Source of the DNA: Fimicolochytrium jonesii
Lineage: Eukaryota
Direction: 5' to 3'
NCBI RefSeq assembly: GCF_025526975.1
Contig: NW_026515671.1
Location: 744,001-808,000 of the forward strand
Length of the DNA stretch: 64,000 nucleotides
Shown here: piece after piece, positions 1-12,247 of the stretch
How positions within the stretch are numbered: the stretch's first letter is position 1
Layout: each line of letters starts with the position of its first letter
The notes under the pieces: model-generated
Told to the model about the DNA's origin: nothing
The model's database searches: none
The model's input: only the letters and a program-made list of their open reading frames with translations
Program-made: the position numbers and the translations under genes

Positions 1-154
1 ACGCGCGATCCCAACAGTTTCCTGTCAAACTTTCAGATCTCAGACTTCTTACCTCCGAACGAACTTGTTTTGGATATACGCGCCCAGAGTCTTTCTCCTT
101 CGTAAGACAGATCCTCTTGCAACCCATCATTCCCCAAAATCATCACGCACAGCC

Positions 155-2106
155 ATGGACGACGTACTGGATAAGCTCAGGATCTTGAACTATCAGCGAG
201 ACTTCTGTAAGACAATGTGCGTGACACCGTCTGTCTTTATACAGCACAGATCAACGTGCGCTATCGTACTTATCTCCACCTTACACATCAGGAACTTCAA
301 ACCACTCCACCGCTTCTACTTTACGGTGCCAGCATCGAACCCCAATGAGCAGTTCTACTGCTTCACCTCCCTGTCCGCCTGGCTGGTGAAGCTGAATGGG
401 AACTCGTTTGATCCACCGGGACAGTTCGATGACCCTAATGCCACTGTCGCTAACATGGGTTAGAGGATTGTACTTGCATCGAGCGTATTGAAGGACCAGG
501 AAACTAACGGTGGGAATCATTCTTTGCAGCTGCGAAACTGAAAGAAATGGAGATTTCGGCAGACGTGGGGCTCAACAAGCTTCGACAGGGGCATGGAGAC
601 GGAGTGTTGATCGTCCTGCAGGCGCTGGTAGACGGGGCGTTGGCAAAGTCGGGATTCACGTTTCAGAAGCCGACGCATAAAGTCGATGAGTGAGTGACCG
701 ATGTGTACGAGGGACGCGCCGTTTCACGAGAGCAGCCTATTTACCACGCGATGGGAACTCGTAGATACGCTGAGGAAGCCGAAGTAGATGCTGACGCGGA
801 ACTGACGGCAGAAAGCATTGAGGAAACCATACCCGCTGATGACGACGCGGAAGATATGTTCATGGGGACCATGGCAGCATCAGCAGGCGTACGGGCGGGG
901 ACTGCGTAAGCCATCTGTTCCATGAGTATCCGCATATGTAAAGGGGCTGATGTGTATCGTTACAGGAAAGCGGAGTCAGCAGGTCTTCGCCCAACGACAG
1001 CAAGACCGACCGTGGATCCTGCCGAATGGAGACTGGAAGTAGAGCGGGTGACGCCGATGCTGCGGGTGCAGATTGCGAACGATAATAAGGATTGGAGGAT
1101 CCATGTGGAGAATATGAGGCATCACCACAAGGTGCGGGTTTGGATTCGGGCCGCATCTGAGCGGGCTGCAGAAAGCAAATGAGAAGCAACGTGACTGACA
1201 CACGCTGTGGATGTTAGACCATCACATCCACGCTAACAGAAACACAAAGCCGTCTCGGCAAATTGCATTCCGAGATCGAGCGAACCCTGGAAAAGATCTC
1301 CAGTAGGGAAAAATACATCAACACGCAGTTCGAAGCACAGGTATGCAAATACCCATTTGGGTATCGGAGAAGTACTGCTTTCCACACCCCGGCCCCGACT
1401 CACCGACATCTGAACCTTGAAGGCCGAGCAACACCGCGTCCTGCAAGACCAAGGATCGGAAATCAAGCAAAAGTACAGTGTAGCGAGCAGCCATGTTTCG
1501 GACCTGACGATCGATCTCTCCCGGATCTCCGAAGAGCTTGATAGTGTCAAGGTAGGTCACCAGCCCTTTCCGGATTGTGACTTTATGTGTCGGAGCAATA
1601 TCGAACATGGCAATGCGCTTGTAGGGACAAATGGACGATATAGGCAGTGGCATGACGGATTCCAAACCGCTTTTGTCTATCAAACAAGGGGTTACAAAGC
1701 TGAAGGTATGTTTCTTACGCAAGTCTTGCCTATGGCAGACACTTTGCTTGTTGATGGTGAGGACCAATCTCTGATTCATTCGTGAATTACAGTCTGAGAT
1801 CAAGCAAATGGACCTGCGTATTGGTGTGATACAGCACATGCTGCTGCAAGCGAAGGTGCGTTTAGCCAATGTCGGAGATGAGTGCTCGTTTGGGATGGGA
1901 CCTCGAACACGTTTCTCACGAATCATCTGGTCTTGATGCACAGTTGAAGACGAAAGGCCCTATGGTCGAGCCACCAAATATGATGCAGGTAAGCTCACGT
2001 CTGAATGGACTTTCTCTCTCATTGTGAGGATACGCAGCTCATCGCCTCCGAATTCCTGATGCATCTCTTCCCATCGCACACGAAGGTCTTTGCCCTCGCT
2101 ATATAA
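155..2106 (+). CDS. IFT57: Intraflagellar transport protein 57 (IFT-B), multi-exon
   Basis: Spliced pieces MDDVLDKLRILNYQRDFC / FKPLHRFYFTVPASNPNEQF / PGQFDDPN / AEWRLEVERVTPMLRVQIANDNKDWRIH / LEKISSREKYINTQFE / MDLRIGVIQH match recalled IFT57 motifs. GT..AG introns separate them; the predicted last exon VFALAI* ends at 2106. Confidence 0.92.
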
Positions 2107-2300
2107 CGTTTCCGGAAGAACGCCCATAGACATCTGCCCAGTGTTGATGATTTCGTTTCATATCATTGTAAATCCTGATATATCTACACCACCGACGACG
2201 GATCCGCGAAAGGATCGACGCAGTGCCCGAGGAGAAAGCTCTATTTGCTGCATGATTACTCGTCCCAGTTCCCCAGGTTTCAAGTAAACACAAGTCTCTT

Positions 2301-3165
2301 CTAGCGCGACTTTGCCTTGTTCTGCGCGCTGATGGCCTTATCCGCGCGGGCAAGGTTCCTGCTTGCTCCCACCAGCTGAACGACGTTCAGGAACTGCTTC
2401 AGGGCGCAGACCGGGAACGTCACGACGCAAAGTCCTATGAGTGTCAGGTATAGGCCACCTCCGTTTTTCGGGATCCAGTCGCTCTCTACAGGCACAGAGC
2501 TCACTCCTGATCCTGCTGCAGCGACCATTGGGTATCCCGGTCCGACATTCAACGCGACGAGGCTTCCCTTTGCCTGTTCTACATGCCACGTGCCGAGGAG
2601 GTAAAGCGCGATGAAAAAGGCCTCGTTCGCAGCGCAGACCAAGAAGAGGACCTTATTGTTAGTGTAGTATTGGCGAAGCAGCCATGAGGTTTTCTTCGGG
2701 TCCACATTCTTGTGCGAACCAGCGCCGAGAACGAGAGAGGAGTACATTTGGAGGTAATGTGACGATAGATCGAGGGCGATAAGCGTTTGGAAGATGAGGG
2801 TCAGACGCGGGAAGGTCAGTGAGAGATATACGAGTAAGCATGACGTCGTGCTTCTGTCGGTGACCATATCCAGCACGGCGCCGAATCGAGAGGCTGTCAA
2901 GAGAGGTGCAACCAGGACATCAATCATTGTTGCACTAAAACTGAAGCCAAGCTCACAATAGACACGACGTACTTTGTCCAAAGTATCTTGCCGCCTGTCC
3001 ATCGGCGGCATCCAGCAGGCAGCTCACGGAATATAATGCTCCCGCCGTCAAAGTGTGATGCGGCAGAAAGTAAAGAGCGGCAAACATAAGAGCCACTCGG
3101 GCATATCCGATCAGATTTGGCACGTAAAGGAACACATTTTCGGTTTTCGTAGGGTTGAAAGACAT
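2301..3165 (-). CDS. PIS1: Phosphatidylinositol synthase (CDP-alcohol phosphatidyltransferase), 2 exons
   Basis: ENVFLYVPNLIGYAR, LLDAADGQAARYFGQ|SRFGAVLDMVTDR (CDP-OH-P-transferase signature) and LDLSSHY. Confidence 0.95.
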
Positions 3166-3625
3166 GGCGCTCTAATAGAAGACCGTGTCCTCTGTCTATG
3201 CGTCCAATGGGATTCTGTTGCGCGTATATAAATAAGATCCACCGTGATCTCAGGGTCGCACTTGTGCAAGTGATGATGTCGCTCGCAAGGGTCGTTGGCC
3301 GCGGATGGAGACTAAGTAGTTCGTTTTTTGGGTGTCGATCGGAAAACCGTACGTGCCGATGTCGTTCTTGAGGAACCTTATATGCTGACCGACTGGAGCG
3401 AGGCTTGTACGTGGTGAGATGGTGGCCGGCAGCAGCACCTTGACAACTTGAAATGGCAGTTTGGATTGGCCTGCCCGTAGAAAGTCTATAACGATCTGCG
3501 TGGCCGCATTCAAACTGGAGAACACGGTCTACGCAGCATTCGCACAACATGAGAACACGCTGGAAGAACGTGACGTTTTGGGTGCGACTTTGGCATGGTT
3601 GCTCACGTAATCAGCGCCGAAAATA

Positions 3626-3790
3626 ACGCGGGAGGAAAACGCGTTCGACAACTGGTTCAACGTCAAGTCGCGTTCTTTCTTCGCGGTCCGGCGCTCCCAA
3701 GAATCGGAGGCGAAAGAGCCAGCAGCCGCTGATTGGTGGAACGCGTAATTAGCTAATGGAGATCAAGATGATTCTCGATACAATTACTCA
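3626..3790. promoter_or_regulatory. Cluster of MCB-like (ACGCGT/ACGCG) elements with adjacent TAATTA/CAATTA homeodomain-type sites and a reverse CCAAT box
   Basis: ACGCG at 3626; ACGCGT at 3639-3644 and 3741-3746; CGCGT at ~3669; TAATTA directly after the 3741 box; CAATTA at 3781; GATTGG at 3731. Lies in the divergent PIS1/homeobox promoter. Confidence 0.5.
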
Positions 3791-4358
3791 AGTTGATTAG
3801 GGGGGTTCATCAAGAAATGGGGGATTTCATGGTTCAGATACGTATATTATTTTGATGCGCGCAGGTCACCTCATCCCACCGTTGGTCCTCTCGCTCTTGC
3901 TTGCACATGCATGTGCTTCCTGCGCTCCCTCGGAAACGCTGCCTGGACTTTTATTATTACTCGGCCTAGTAAGCGCCTCCCTTCCTTTTCTTCCCTTCTC
4001 CGCAAAGCTCAGCACTTCCTCATTTTCCCACGGCCAAGAAGCTCTCACGCCGTCTTCCTTCCTTGCTTTCAACGTATTCGTCTGAAGGGGTCCCATTGCG
4101 TCTGTGTGCGGTAGTCACAGACAGGCCTGGAGCTTTTCGAAAGTAGTGACAAACCGAAATTGCGCGACCTGCTTCCTAACCCGCCAGTTGGAAACCTCCT
4201 CGCCATCACGACAATATTATTCGCAAGTTTACAGCGAAAGTGAAATCCCAGCTGATAGCCTCACTAGAACGGTCCTCGTGTTTGAGCTTACACACGACGC
4301 GGAATCCAAGTGCTCGCTCGCCTTTGCTCGTATCGTTCAGCTCTTGCGCCTTCCCTTG

Positions 4359-5630
4359 ATGTCTCACAACATGCTGGCTGGCGACGACAGGCAGGCAAGG
4401 GCCGGCGCACCGTCCAGCTCGCGGCCCACTGAAGGCTCTGCCCGCAACATCGATTCCAGCAGCCGACATATGTCGCTCTCTGAAACCATCCTAAACCCGC
4501 TGCCTCCTAACCCCGACACGCTCGAGAACAGGGATGTTTCGCGCGGCGTCCTTCCTGGCGAAGGAGAAAGCATGTACAGAGAAATGGAGTGGCTCAAGGA
4601 GACGCCTGTATTCTTCTCTACGAGCAAGCAGTCGATGAACAATAAGAAACGAAGGCGGAAAACAACAGATAGGGAATTGGAGATTTTGGAGACACGATTC
4701 ATCGAAACACCACTGCCGTCGCCTGAGCAGCGTAAACTGATTTCGCGAGAGACGGGGATGACGGATAGAGAGGTGCAGGTGTGGTTCCAGAACAAACGCC
4801 AAGCGCTCAAAAGAAAGAACCAGCGCGTGGATGCAGGCGGTGGCGGAGACTCACCTGCCCGGAGACCGACTGCTCAGTACCCATCAATCCCACAACCGCA
4901 ACCGCAACCCATGTATGCCGTGCCTCAGCCATACGGCCTTCCGTCGGTATATGCGCCCACGTATATGCAGCCGCCTCAACTCCCGTCAGCGACGCCGCAA
5001 ACGGCAGCCGCTGCCGCCGCCGTCGCGGCAACCGCCTCATCATCGTCCTCGGTGCCCGCCGGCCCTGGGCTTCCTCCAATTCTCCCGTCGTTCATCAACT
5101 CTGGCCCGCTGCCTGGAATCTCACAAGTACTCCCCTCGCTGCCTCCGCCGCCCATGTGGCCATATATACCCGCAGTCTACAACGGGATGTTGCCTCCTCC
5201 GACGATGCTGCAGCCTCATCGAGAAATCCAATCACCACATTTCGCCGAATTGAAGGATGTGAAAGAGGAGCGGGACCTGGAGCCGGCGCGTAAGAAGCGT
5301 AGATCTGAAGCCAGCGAGTTGGGAAATGAAGAGGATCAGGAGGAGGAGGAGGAGGAACAGAGTCCTGTAAAGGCGGAGAGCGAAGGGACACCCGACGACA
5401 GGTCCGAACGAAGCCGAGCTTCGACCGAGGGAACGCGCACAAGTCGAGAGCGTTCCAATAGTAATGTGGAACGACAGAGCCCACGCCTAGCAGAAAGACC
5501 GACCGAACGGGCTTCCGAGAGGCCGCTGCCGCTTTGGGAACCTCGCCAAGTCCAGGACAAAGATCTTGCTGCCATGGCTCTCATGGATCTCGCCAACTCC
5601 ACTCGAGTTTCACCACCACAAGAAAACTGA
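4359..5630 (+). CDS. YOX1/YHP1-like homeodomain transcription factor (intronless; start ATG 4359 assumed)
   Basis: KKRRRKTTDRELEILETRF...GMTDREVQVWFQNKRQALKR homeodomain resembles yeast Yox1 (WFQNKRQA). Followed by Pro/Gln-rich and acidic low-complexity regions and a C-terminal DLAAMALMDLA helix. Confidence 0.85.
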   Translation: MSHNMLAGDDRQARAGAPSSSRPTEGSARNIDSSSRHMSLSETILNPLPPNPDTLENRDVSRGVLPGEGESMYREMEWLKETPVFFSTSKQSMNNKKRRRKTTDRELEILETRFIETPLPSPEQRKLISRETGMTDREVQVWFQNKRQALKRKNQRVDAGGGGDSPARRPTAQYPSIPQPQPQPMYAVPQPYGLPSVYAPTYMQPPQLPSATPQTAAAAAAVAATASSSSSVPAGPGLPPILPSFINSGPLPGISQVLPSLPPPPMWPYIPAVYNGMLPPPTMLQPHREIQSPHFAELKDVKEERDLEPARKKRRSEASELGNEEDQEEEEEEQSPVKAESEGTPDDRSERSRASTEGTRTSRERSNSNVERQSPRLAERPTERASERPLPLWEPRQVQDKDLAAMALMDLANSTRVSPPQEN

Positions 5631-5992
5631 CGACGACGTCGTCATTCCGGCTCACCCGTTACTTCCATATTTTGATCGGCGCCACATTCACATTCACCTA
5701 CCACATACTGCCTCATTGTTCCATAGTCACAACTCACCCAAAACAGAAGCGCCTCATCGTCGAAATGCTATATACCCATTCTCTGTTTTGCCTTACATAG
5801 TAAAAGCATTCCCCCACATCAGATCCTGTCATTAGAGAAAGCACCCTTCCCTTCGACGTAAATTTTGCTCTGTAGTTCGCCATGTATTGGTATAGAGGCT
5901 TGCGCTACTCCACAATCAATGATAATGAGATCTTGCAACCGCAAAAGGGGTTGCGAGCCCTTAACGTTTCCGTCGAACGCGTTCTTCAGTGC

Positions 5993-7087
5993 TTAGAAAG
6001 TGCGTTCTTCAGTGCTTTTTCGCGGCATCTTCTTGCTTCTGGTGCAACTCTGCTTGGTGGAGGATACGCTCAAAGCTCTGGTCTGACAGATGGAAAGGAT
6101 GTTAGCCATGAAAACATAAACGGTCGGTCCGCTTTATCGATAGCACTGCTGCTTTCTCAATACACATACCAACTTGCTTCTCATATGGGTCGGTCGCAGC
6201 GAGAGCTATGGGATGAAAAAGATGCGTCCAACTCAATAAACACTTTTCGCACAAGGTTGCCACTCGGAAATATCTTCTCCAATAGACACCAACCTGCAAT
6301 GCCACCTAGTCCAGCCAATGCAAACGTCTGCGCAACCATACGGGAGTTGATGATCTTTTGTGCTCGCGTGATGTCTACCCTCCTGAAGTTGTACAGTAAC
6401 GCGGCGGTCATCGTGCCCGACCACAATCCGACTATACAGTAGCCAAAAAGAATATCGAGCACATGTTAGAACACTCTCCAGAAAGGACGCAGAGGGGCAA
6501 GTACGGGAACGATATGATACGCACAGACAAGTGGGTATCGCTCCTTGATCAGCCATTCCCGCACGCCAACAATCGGTTTGATGACGGGGTGATCCGCGTC
6601 CTCGACTTGGGCTTCACCGGTATGCGTTCGGCGGGCGGCTACCATGCGGGATACGCGTATGGATGCGCGGTCTGTGAAAACAGGTAGAGTTTGTAAGATT
6701 TTTTTCGAACGACGTCTCCTCGTATACCAGTTGCCGGCGACCCAAATTGAGTTTGCTTCATACCTGCCACTGTGAAGAAGGTTCCGGTCGTAATACCAAG
6801 GATCAAGAATGTCTATTTGGAAACTTCTTCGTCAGCGAACTCTGCACAATCCTCTGCCAGCCATGGCCAAGCGCTCCAAACCAACGCCAGTTTACCTTAA
6901 ACGGTAGACGAAGTTGCCTAAACGCCGGCCAAAACTTGTTTCCCAGCAAAGTAGCTCCACCGGCAGCCGCGGCGCCTACGGCAGCAGCTTGTGCTCCTTC
7001 CCATACAACATGCTTGTAGAGATGTTCCTTCTCGTCGGCGGAGATGCCCGACTTGAGGTCGATGTTAGGGGTGTCGTATCTGGACAT
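5993..7087 (-). CDS. RCF2: Respiratory supercomplex factor 2-like, HIG1-domain mitochondrial membrane protein, multi-exon
   Basis: EGAQAAAVGAAAAGGATLLGNKFWPAFRQLRLPFK N-terminus and HIG1-type AQKIINSRMVAQTFALAGL; spliced C-terminus ...QSFERILHQAE...EERTF*. Confidence 0.8.
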
Positions 7088-8855
7088 TTTTGGGTGACTT
7101 TGTGTGTAAGACGGGCGTGTGACAGGGAGTGGTTGGACACGGAGCGATGAATGACGGAGGTGAGCAGCGACTTGGACCTTCTGGATCTCTGTTGGGATGC
7201 CGCTCAATGGAAGTGTTGGTTCATGAAAATCCAGATGTCAACGTCCCTCGTTACCCCAGTATAACATTTCTGATGACGGCCATCCTTTCCGATATTTCCG
7301 GCTGAGCGCGTCCTTCGGCGTGTGGCTTGGGCTTTCGCGACTGTTTCAGAACTCCATTTTTCCCCATTGACGTTACTATGACGAGCGGCGCTTGGGAACC
7401 CTAGCTCGAACAGTCGACATTACTCTCTCAACAGAGAGATATGAGAGGGAACAGTGGGAACAACCGAACGCCGAGAGGCGATGTCGACGCGCGATTCAAA
7501 ACTTTGAGGCGGTGGAAGGTGCGTATCCGCCCGAACATTACTCCACGACGGGCACCAGGATGCAATTTCGAATTAGGGAAGACCCGTGGCTTGCTCATTT
7601 AGGAGCACATGCTAGTCGATCTCGCTCATGGTTGAAAAAAGTCATAAACCGTCACAAAGCGGAGTTTTGCAAATCGCAACCCACTTGACTCTAGCCGATA
7701 ATATGCAGTAGCATCTTACGTATGCAGTATCATGCGGCCATCTGTGACCCTTCTCCCGACGGCGAGATGGATTTGCAACCCCGATAGCTGGCACCCTGGT
7801 ATGGCAGTGGGATCCCTGGACCCAAGGGTTTTGGCCGGATATATGTACGTACAGTATGTGATGATACACATTTGATCAAATTAATTCATTCCAGGCTTCG
7901 CGCTGCGCGTCGAAGGATTGGAAAACAGCCGGTGTTGAGGATCCCTAGGCCTAGATCTAATAGACGTCCGTATCGGAGCGTCGTTTCCCATCCCCGCTGG
8001 ATGTGTTGACCACCCAGCCACGGAGCGACGGGAGCGTCCAAGGCGTTCCCTTTATCCGCCGTGTGACAAATCGGGCTATCACATCCACCTGCGTATGGCG
8101 CGTGCGATGGGTATCTTACTTTTTTTTTGTGGTCGGATAAGCCGATCCCACATGCGCGCTGCGCGTGGCAGTAGTCAGCATTTTTGTTCTTTTCGTTCGA
8201 ACATGCTGAATGCATGCATGCACATGCACACCACCTTCTCGAAACCACCAAGAGTAACATAACGCTCTCGATGCCTCATCAAGCAACAAAATGATAACGA
8301 AGGCTCTGCGAAGGCTTGCATTCCTTTTACCCATCGCCCATGAATATGCGCATAAGCAATCATTTGCTAGCGTGAATTGTAGAGAGGCTTCTGGTGCGTT
8401 TACCGTCAATTTCTAGGAATTTCCTACAGTTTACCAGAACCCAGATTTCGTCTACCTGTGACCGTGAAGTGGTTGGTATATTACCAAATGTGGCGTATAC
8501 CCCACCAATCGAACGGACTTCTACGAGTTCCCAGCCCCTCGGTCCATGGTGGTATCGGTAAGGATCCCCGGCGGCTGCGCATTTGAATGAGCCTCCCAAA
8601 TTCCAATCGGACAGATATCTTGTGGGCGTACAAAGCAACGACAATTTTTCACGCACGGGCCGCACGCGACGAGGAAAACGAGGGCTGTGACGGACAAACG
8701 CATAGAGGGATTTTTGCGAAATCCGTGGATGCGATTCGAAAGGCATTGGATCCCGTCTGTTCTCATCGGTCTGTCCACACCTCATTGATCACGGTCTCTC
8801 TCGGTCCCTCTTGGCCGCTGGGAAGGCGAGCATTTGGGTGGGTTTTCGCGACAGC

Positions 8856-8861
8856 TATAAA
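8856..8861 (+). promoter_or_regulatory. Putative TATA box of the LPMO-like gene
   Basis: TATAAA about 100 nt upstream of ATG 8955, followed by a C/T-rich leader. Confidence 0.45.
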
Positions 8862-8954
8862 GTCAACGACGAGGAATTCCATTTTCCCACACCCAACTTC
8901 ATCGCTCGTCTTGTTACCCACCCCCACCTCTCTCTTACTCAGACCCTCACAAGC

Positions 8955-9961
8955 ATGAAGAGCCAAGTCATTCTCTCTGTGGTCGCCGCCATTGCCAGCG
9001 CTTCCAGCGTAGCCGGCCACGGATTCCTCGTCGGAATCGGTGCCCTCGGCCCCAACTCCAAGGGACAGACCAGGAACTACCAGGCCATCGACAACAACAT
9101 CGACAGCTTGAGGAACCCAACCACCGGCTCCACTCCTTTCTGCCGTACCTCCACCAAGAGCGCTCGTGTGCCCCTGCACCTCACTGAAGGCGGAAAGTTG
9201 ACCGTTACCCAGGCTTTCTCTGTCGGCGCCCAGCACATTGGTCCTTGCGCTGTTGAGATCTGGGACCCCAAGACGAACAAGAAGTTCACCCTGACCTCCG
9301 TCGCCGGCCCTAACGGTTGCGCTCGTGTCCCCATCGCCCAGTCCGACAGCAACAAGAAGAGCGGTGCTAACAACCAGTGCCCAGGCCGTCTCCCCAACAA
9401 GCTCGTCACCAACGACATGTGCTTGAACAAGTGGACTTTCACCACCCGCAACGTGAACGCTATTACTTGCAAGGACTGCATCCTTCGATGGACCTGGGTT
9501 GGCCAGCACGTGTCTCCTGCCGAGAAATACGAGTCGTGTATCGATGTTACCGTCACCAAGGGCTCTTCCGGCAAGGGAAAAGGCTCCGTCGCGGATGATG
9601 GTACTGTTGTGACCGATGATGAAACCCCCGTCACCGACGCTCCTACCGAGTCGCTCGCAAACATCGACGCTGGCGCCAAGGCTGCTGCTCCCGCTCCGGC
9701 TCCGGTCGACGCTGCCACTAACGGAAAGTGCACCAGCGGAAGGTAAAGTTTACCAACGCAAGGTACCTCCAAAACATGTTTTCTGATTCCTGAAAAGCAT
9801 TTTCTAAACCGCTCGTTGTCCACTTCACCAGCTACATGGTCTGCAACGGCACCGGTTTCTTGGTTTGCTACCCTGAAGACGCCTCGAAGTCTGCCGTCGC
9901 CAGGGAGTGCGCCGCCGGTACCACCTGCTCTCCCTTCGGCAAGTACATCCACTGCAAGTAG
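8955..9961 (+). CDS. Secreted His-brace (lytic polysaccharide monooxygenase-like) protein with C-terminal Cys-rich CBM19-like module; 2 exons (intron ~9743-9831)
   Basis: Signal peptide MKSQVILSVVAAIASASSVAG followed directly by His (HGF). Second His in AQHIGPC; C-terminal CKDCILRWTW...EKYESCIDV; T/D/A/P-rich linker; spliced tail CTSGSYMVCNGTGFLVCY...ECAAGTTCSPFGKYIHCK*. Confidence 0.72.
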
Positions 9962-10175
9962 AGTGGCATCGTCTCTTTGGTTCTCGGCGTATAGTATAGA
10001 GTGACATTGTAGACAATTGTAGATAGTATTCATCTTATTCCTTCTGAGACACTTTAAGTTGATCGGCGTATATACCAAGCTGTAAACTTGTATAGATACA
10101 GCCCTGCTTCATGAACAATTATATCATAGCCTGTGTGGGCGTCTAAAAATCGAATACCTCGTACATTCTTGAGTA

Positions 10176-10337
10176 CAGTGCTGTTCATAAAGCAAGACCG
10201 CTGTCAATTTAATTCACCGGCCCCCTGGACGCGCCTCTCCATCTACGCCTAGTACAGTATCTAGCGAATCCTCCTCTAGCGGTCGAGCACTTCTCTGACG
10301 GCACTGTCAAATGGGTCTTGCTTTATGAACAGCACTG
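10176..10337. mobile_element. 162-bp MITE, Tc1/mariner-type (24-bp perfect TIRs, TA target-site duplication)
   Basis: CAGTGCTGTTCATAAAGCAAGACC (10176-10199) and its exact reverse complement (10314-10337), flanked by TA on both sides (10174-75, 10338-39). No coding capacity. Confidence 0.88.
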
Positions 10338-10835
10338 TATCTCTGGTGTGCCAGTGTTCAGCAGAGTGCGTTGCTGTCCAAGAGTTGACTATATGGACGT
10401 TCTGTATACACAGGAATCGTTTATGCAGCAGCACCATTTCCAAGCCGTACGAGACAGGCTACGGTCCTCCAATTTCCAAGTCCGGCGGTCACCGAGTCAA
10501 AGTGTGAGTGTGGCTGATCTTGTTTTGACCTCCGACACCCGCCAGACAGCGCAGTTGGGAATTTGGGCGCGCTCACATCAGGCGATCCCTCCAGGCAGCC
10601 CTAAAGGAGGTGGTCAGGTCTTACGAACTTCGTGCGTCAAACAAACATATGAAATCCATGTGAAAAGAACTAGCCCTTTGATGTGCTTTCCGCTGCATAA
10701 AGCTCGGTGGGTGTTGATCTTCAGCGTTCAGCAGATTCTGGGAAAAGCGTCAAATTGCAGTGGCACAACAGCTGAAGGCATTAGCGGAGTGTAGCGGAGA
10801 GACTGTTCGGAGCATCATATAAACTGGACGTCAAA

Positions 10836-12247
10836 ATGTTGGCCACGGCAGAGAACGGTGTTGAGAGGAGTAAGGTATGACTGGCTGTGTTCTCAGCGCC
10901 GCGGGAGCCACCATGTCTGTTTTCGTCAAGTCCTCACCTCGTTTTTGGGACAGGACGCACCATACAATGGCAAGACGTTTCTGGTGACCGGGGCCAACAG
11001 GTGGAGCGAAAGATGAACAAGGCGCCATTGATATCCATATGCTGACAGAATATGTCTTCTTGCATAGTGGTGTCGGCTATGGTATAGTGCAACGTCTTTT
11101 GGAGCAAGCTCTGGAACCAAATTCCGAAGATGTCGTTATCGTAATGGCGTGCCGGAGTCGGCCAAAGGCAGAAGCAGCACGGCAAAAGCTGTTGGAGGAG
11201 TCGCAGACGGTGGCGGACGCCAAAGTGTCGCAACGAAGACGGTCGGTGAAGCCAGAGATGTTGCAGATCTTGATTGTGGACCTGGCGAGCATGCAGAGTG
11301 TGTTTGCGGCTTGCGAGGAGTTTCAACGAAGGTACGGCTATGGGAAGCCTCTCTAGCCTCCGTATGACATGTGAACTTACGAGCACCATGCGTAGATTCT
11401 CGCGCCTGGATGCGCTGCTTTTGAATGCCGGCATCCTCCCCTGCTCCCATATCAACATCCGCCGAGGCGTAAAGAACTTGCTCACTCGACCATCATATGT
11501 CGCCAAAACCGGCGGCGATTTCTTCTCGCAATACCTTGGGGACGTCACCGCCGATGGCCTGGGCACTGTCTTTGCCGCTAATGTGTTTGGTCACTACGTG
11601 ATGGTGAAGCAGCTGCTCTCCACATTGTCGAGATCGCCATCATCGAGGGTTTTGTGGTTCAGCTCCACTACGGCGGACCCATCTTTCTTCAACCCAGCCG
11701 ATTTCCAGTGTTTGAAGGGGGACCACCCCTACGAGTCCTCTAAGCGTCTCTGCGAACTGCTGGCGGTGCAGATGCATTCAGAATTGAGGGATAGGGGCAT
11801 ATACTCTTACGTCGTCAGTCCCGGGAACTGCTTCACGGGACTGCTGGATCAGGGATGGTTCATATCCTTTGCGTGGCTCACAGTACTCTATTTGGTGCGT
11901 ACGGGCAATCATGGTGAGCTGGGTCGAAGGAGTGATCGAACTTACCTGATGCAACTTCCCGCTGGCAGATGCGGTTGATGTACATCTCGGGATGCAACGT
12001 AACGCCGAAGAATGGGGCCACGTCCGCCGTGCATCTGGCAAGCGAAGTGCGGGATCCGTCAGATCTGAAGGAAAGCATACTCTACCATTCCGAAATATCG
12101 CCCTTGGGCCACAAGTCTGTTCGACATCTGCCTTTGGAAGTGGCGGCGGACGATTTGACAGGCATGAAAACAGTCCGGAAGGAGCTGGACGTGATGTACC
12201 AACGCTTTCGGGAGGAGGCGTTGCGAAACGGAATCATCAAATCTTAG
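10836..12247 (+). CDS. ERG27: 3-keto-steroid reductase (SDR family, ERG27/HSD17B7-like), multi-exon
   Basis: Spliced KTFLVTGANS|GVGYGIVQRLL, VIVMACRS, LLLNAGI, DGLGTVFAANVFGHY, VLWFSSTTA and catalytic PYESSK. Confidence 0.9.

Noticed and set aside
8763..10078. Long antisense ORFs over the LPMO-like gene (likewise 28397-29302 over TKL1)
   Set aside because: These are shadow ORFs caused by the codon bias of the sense gene.
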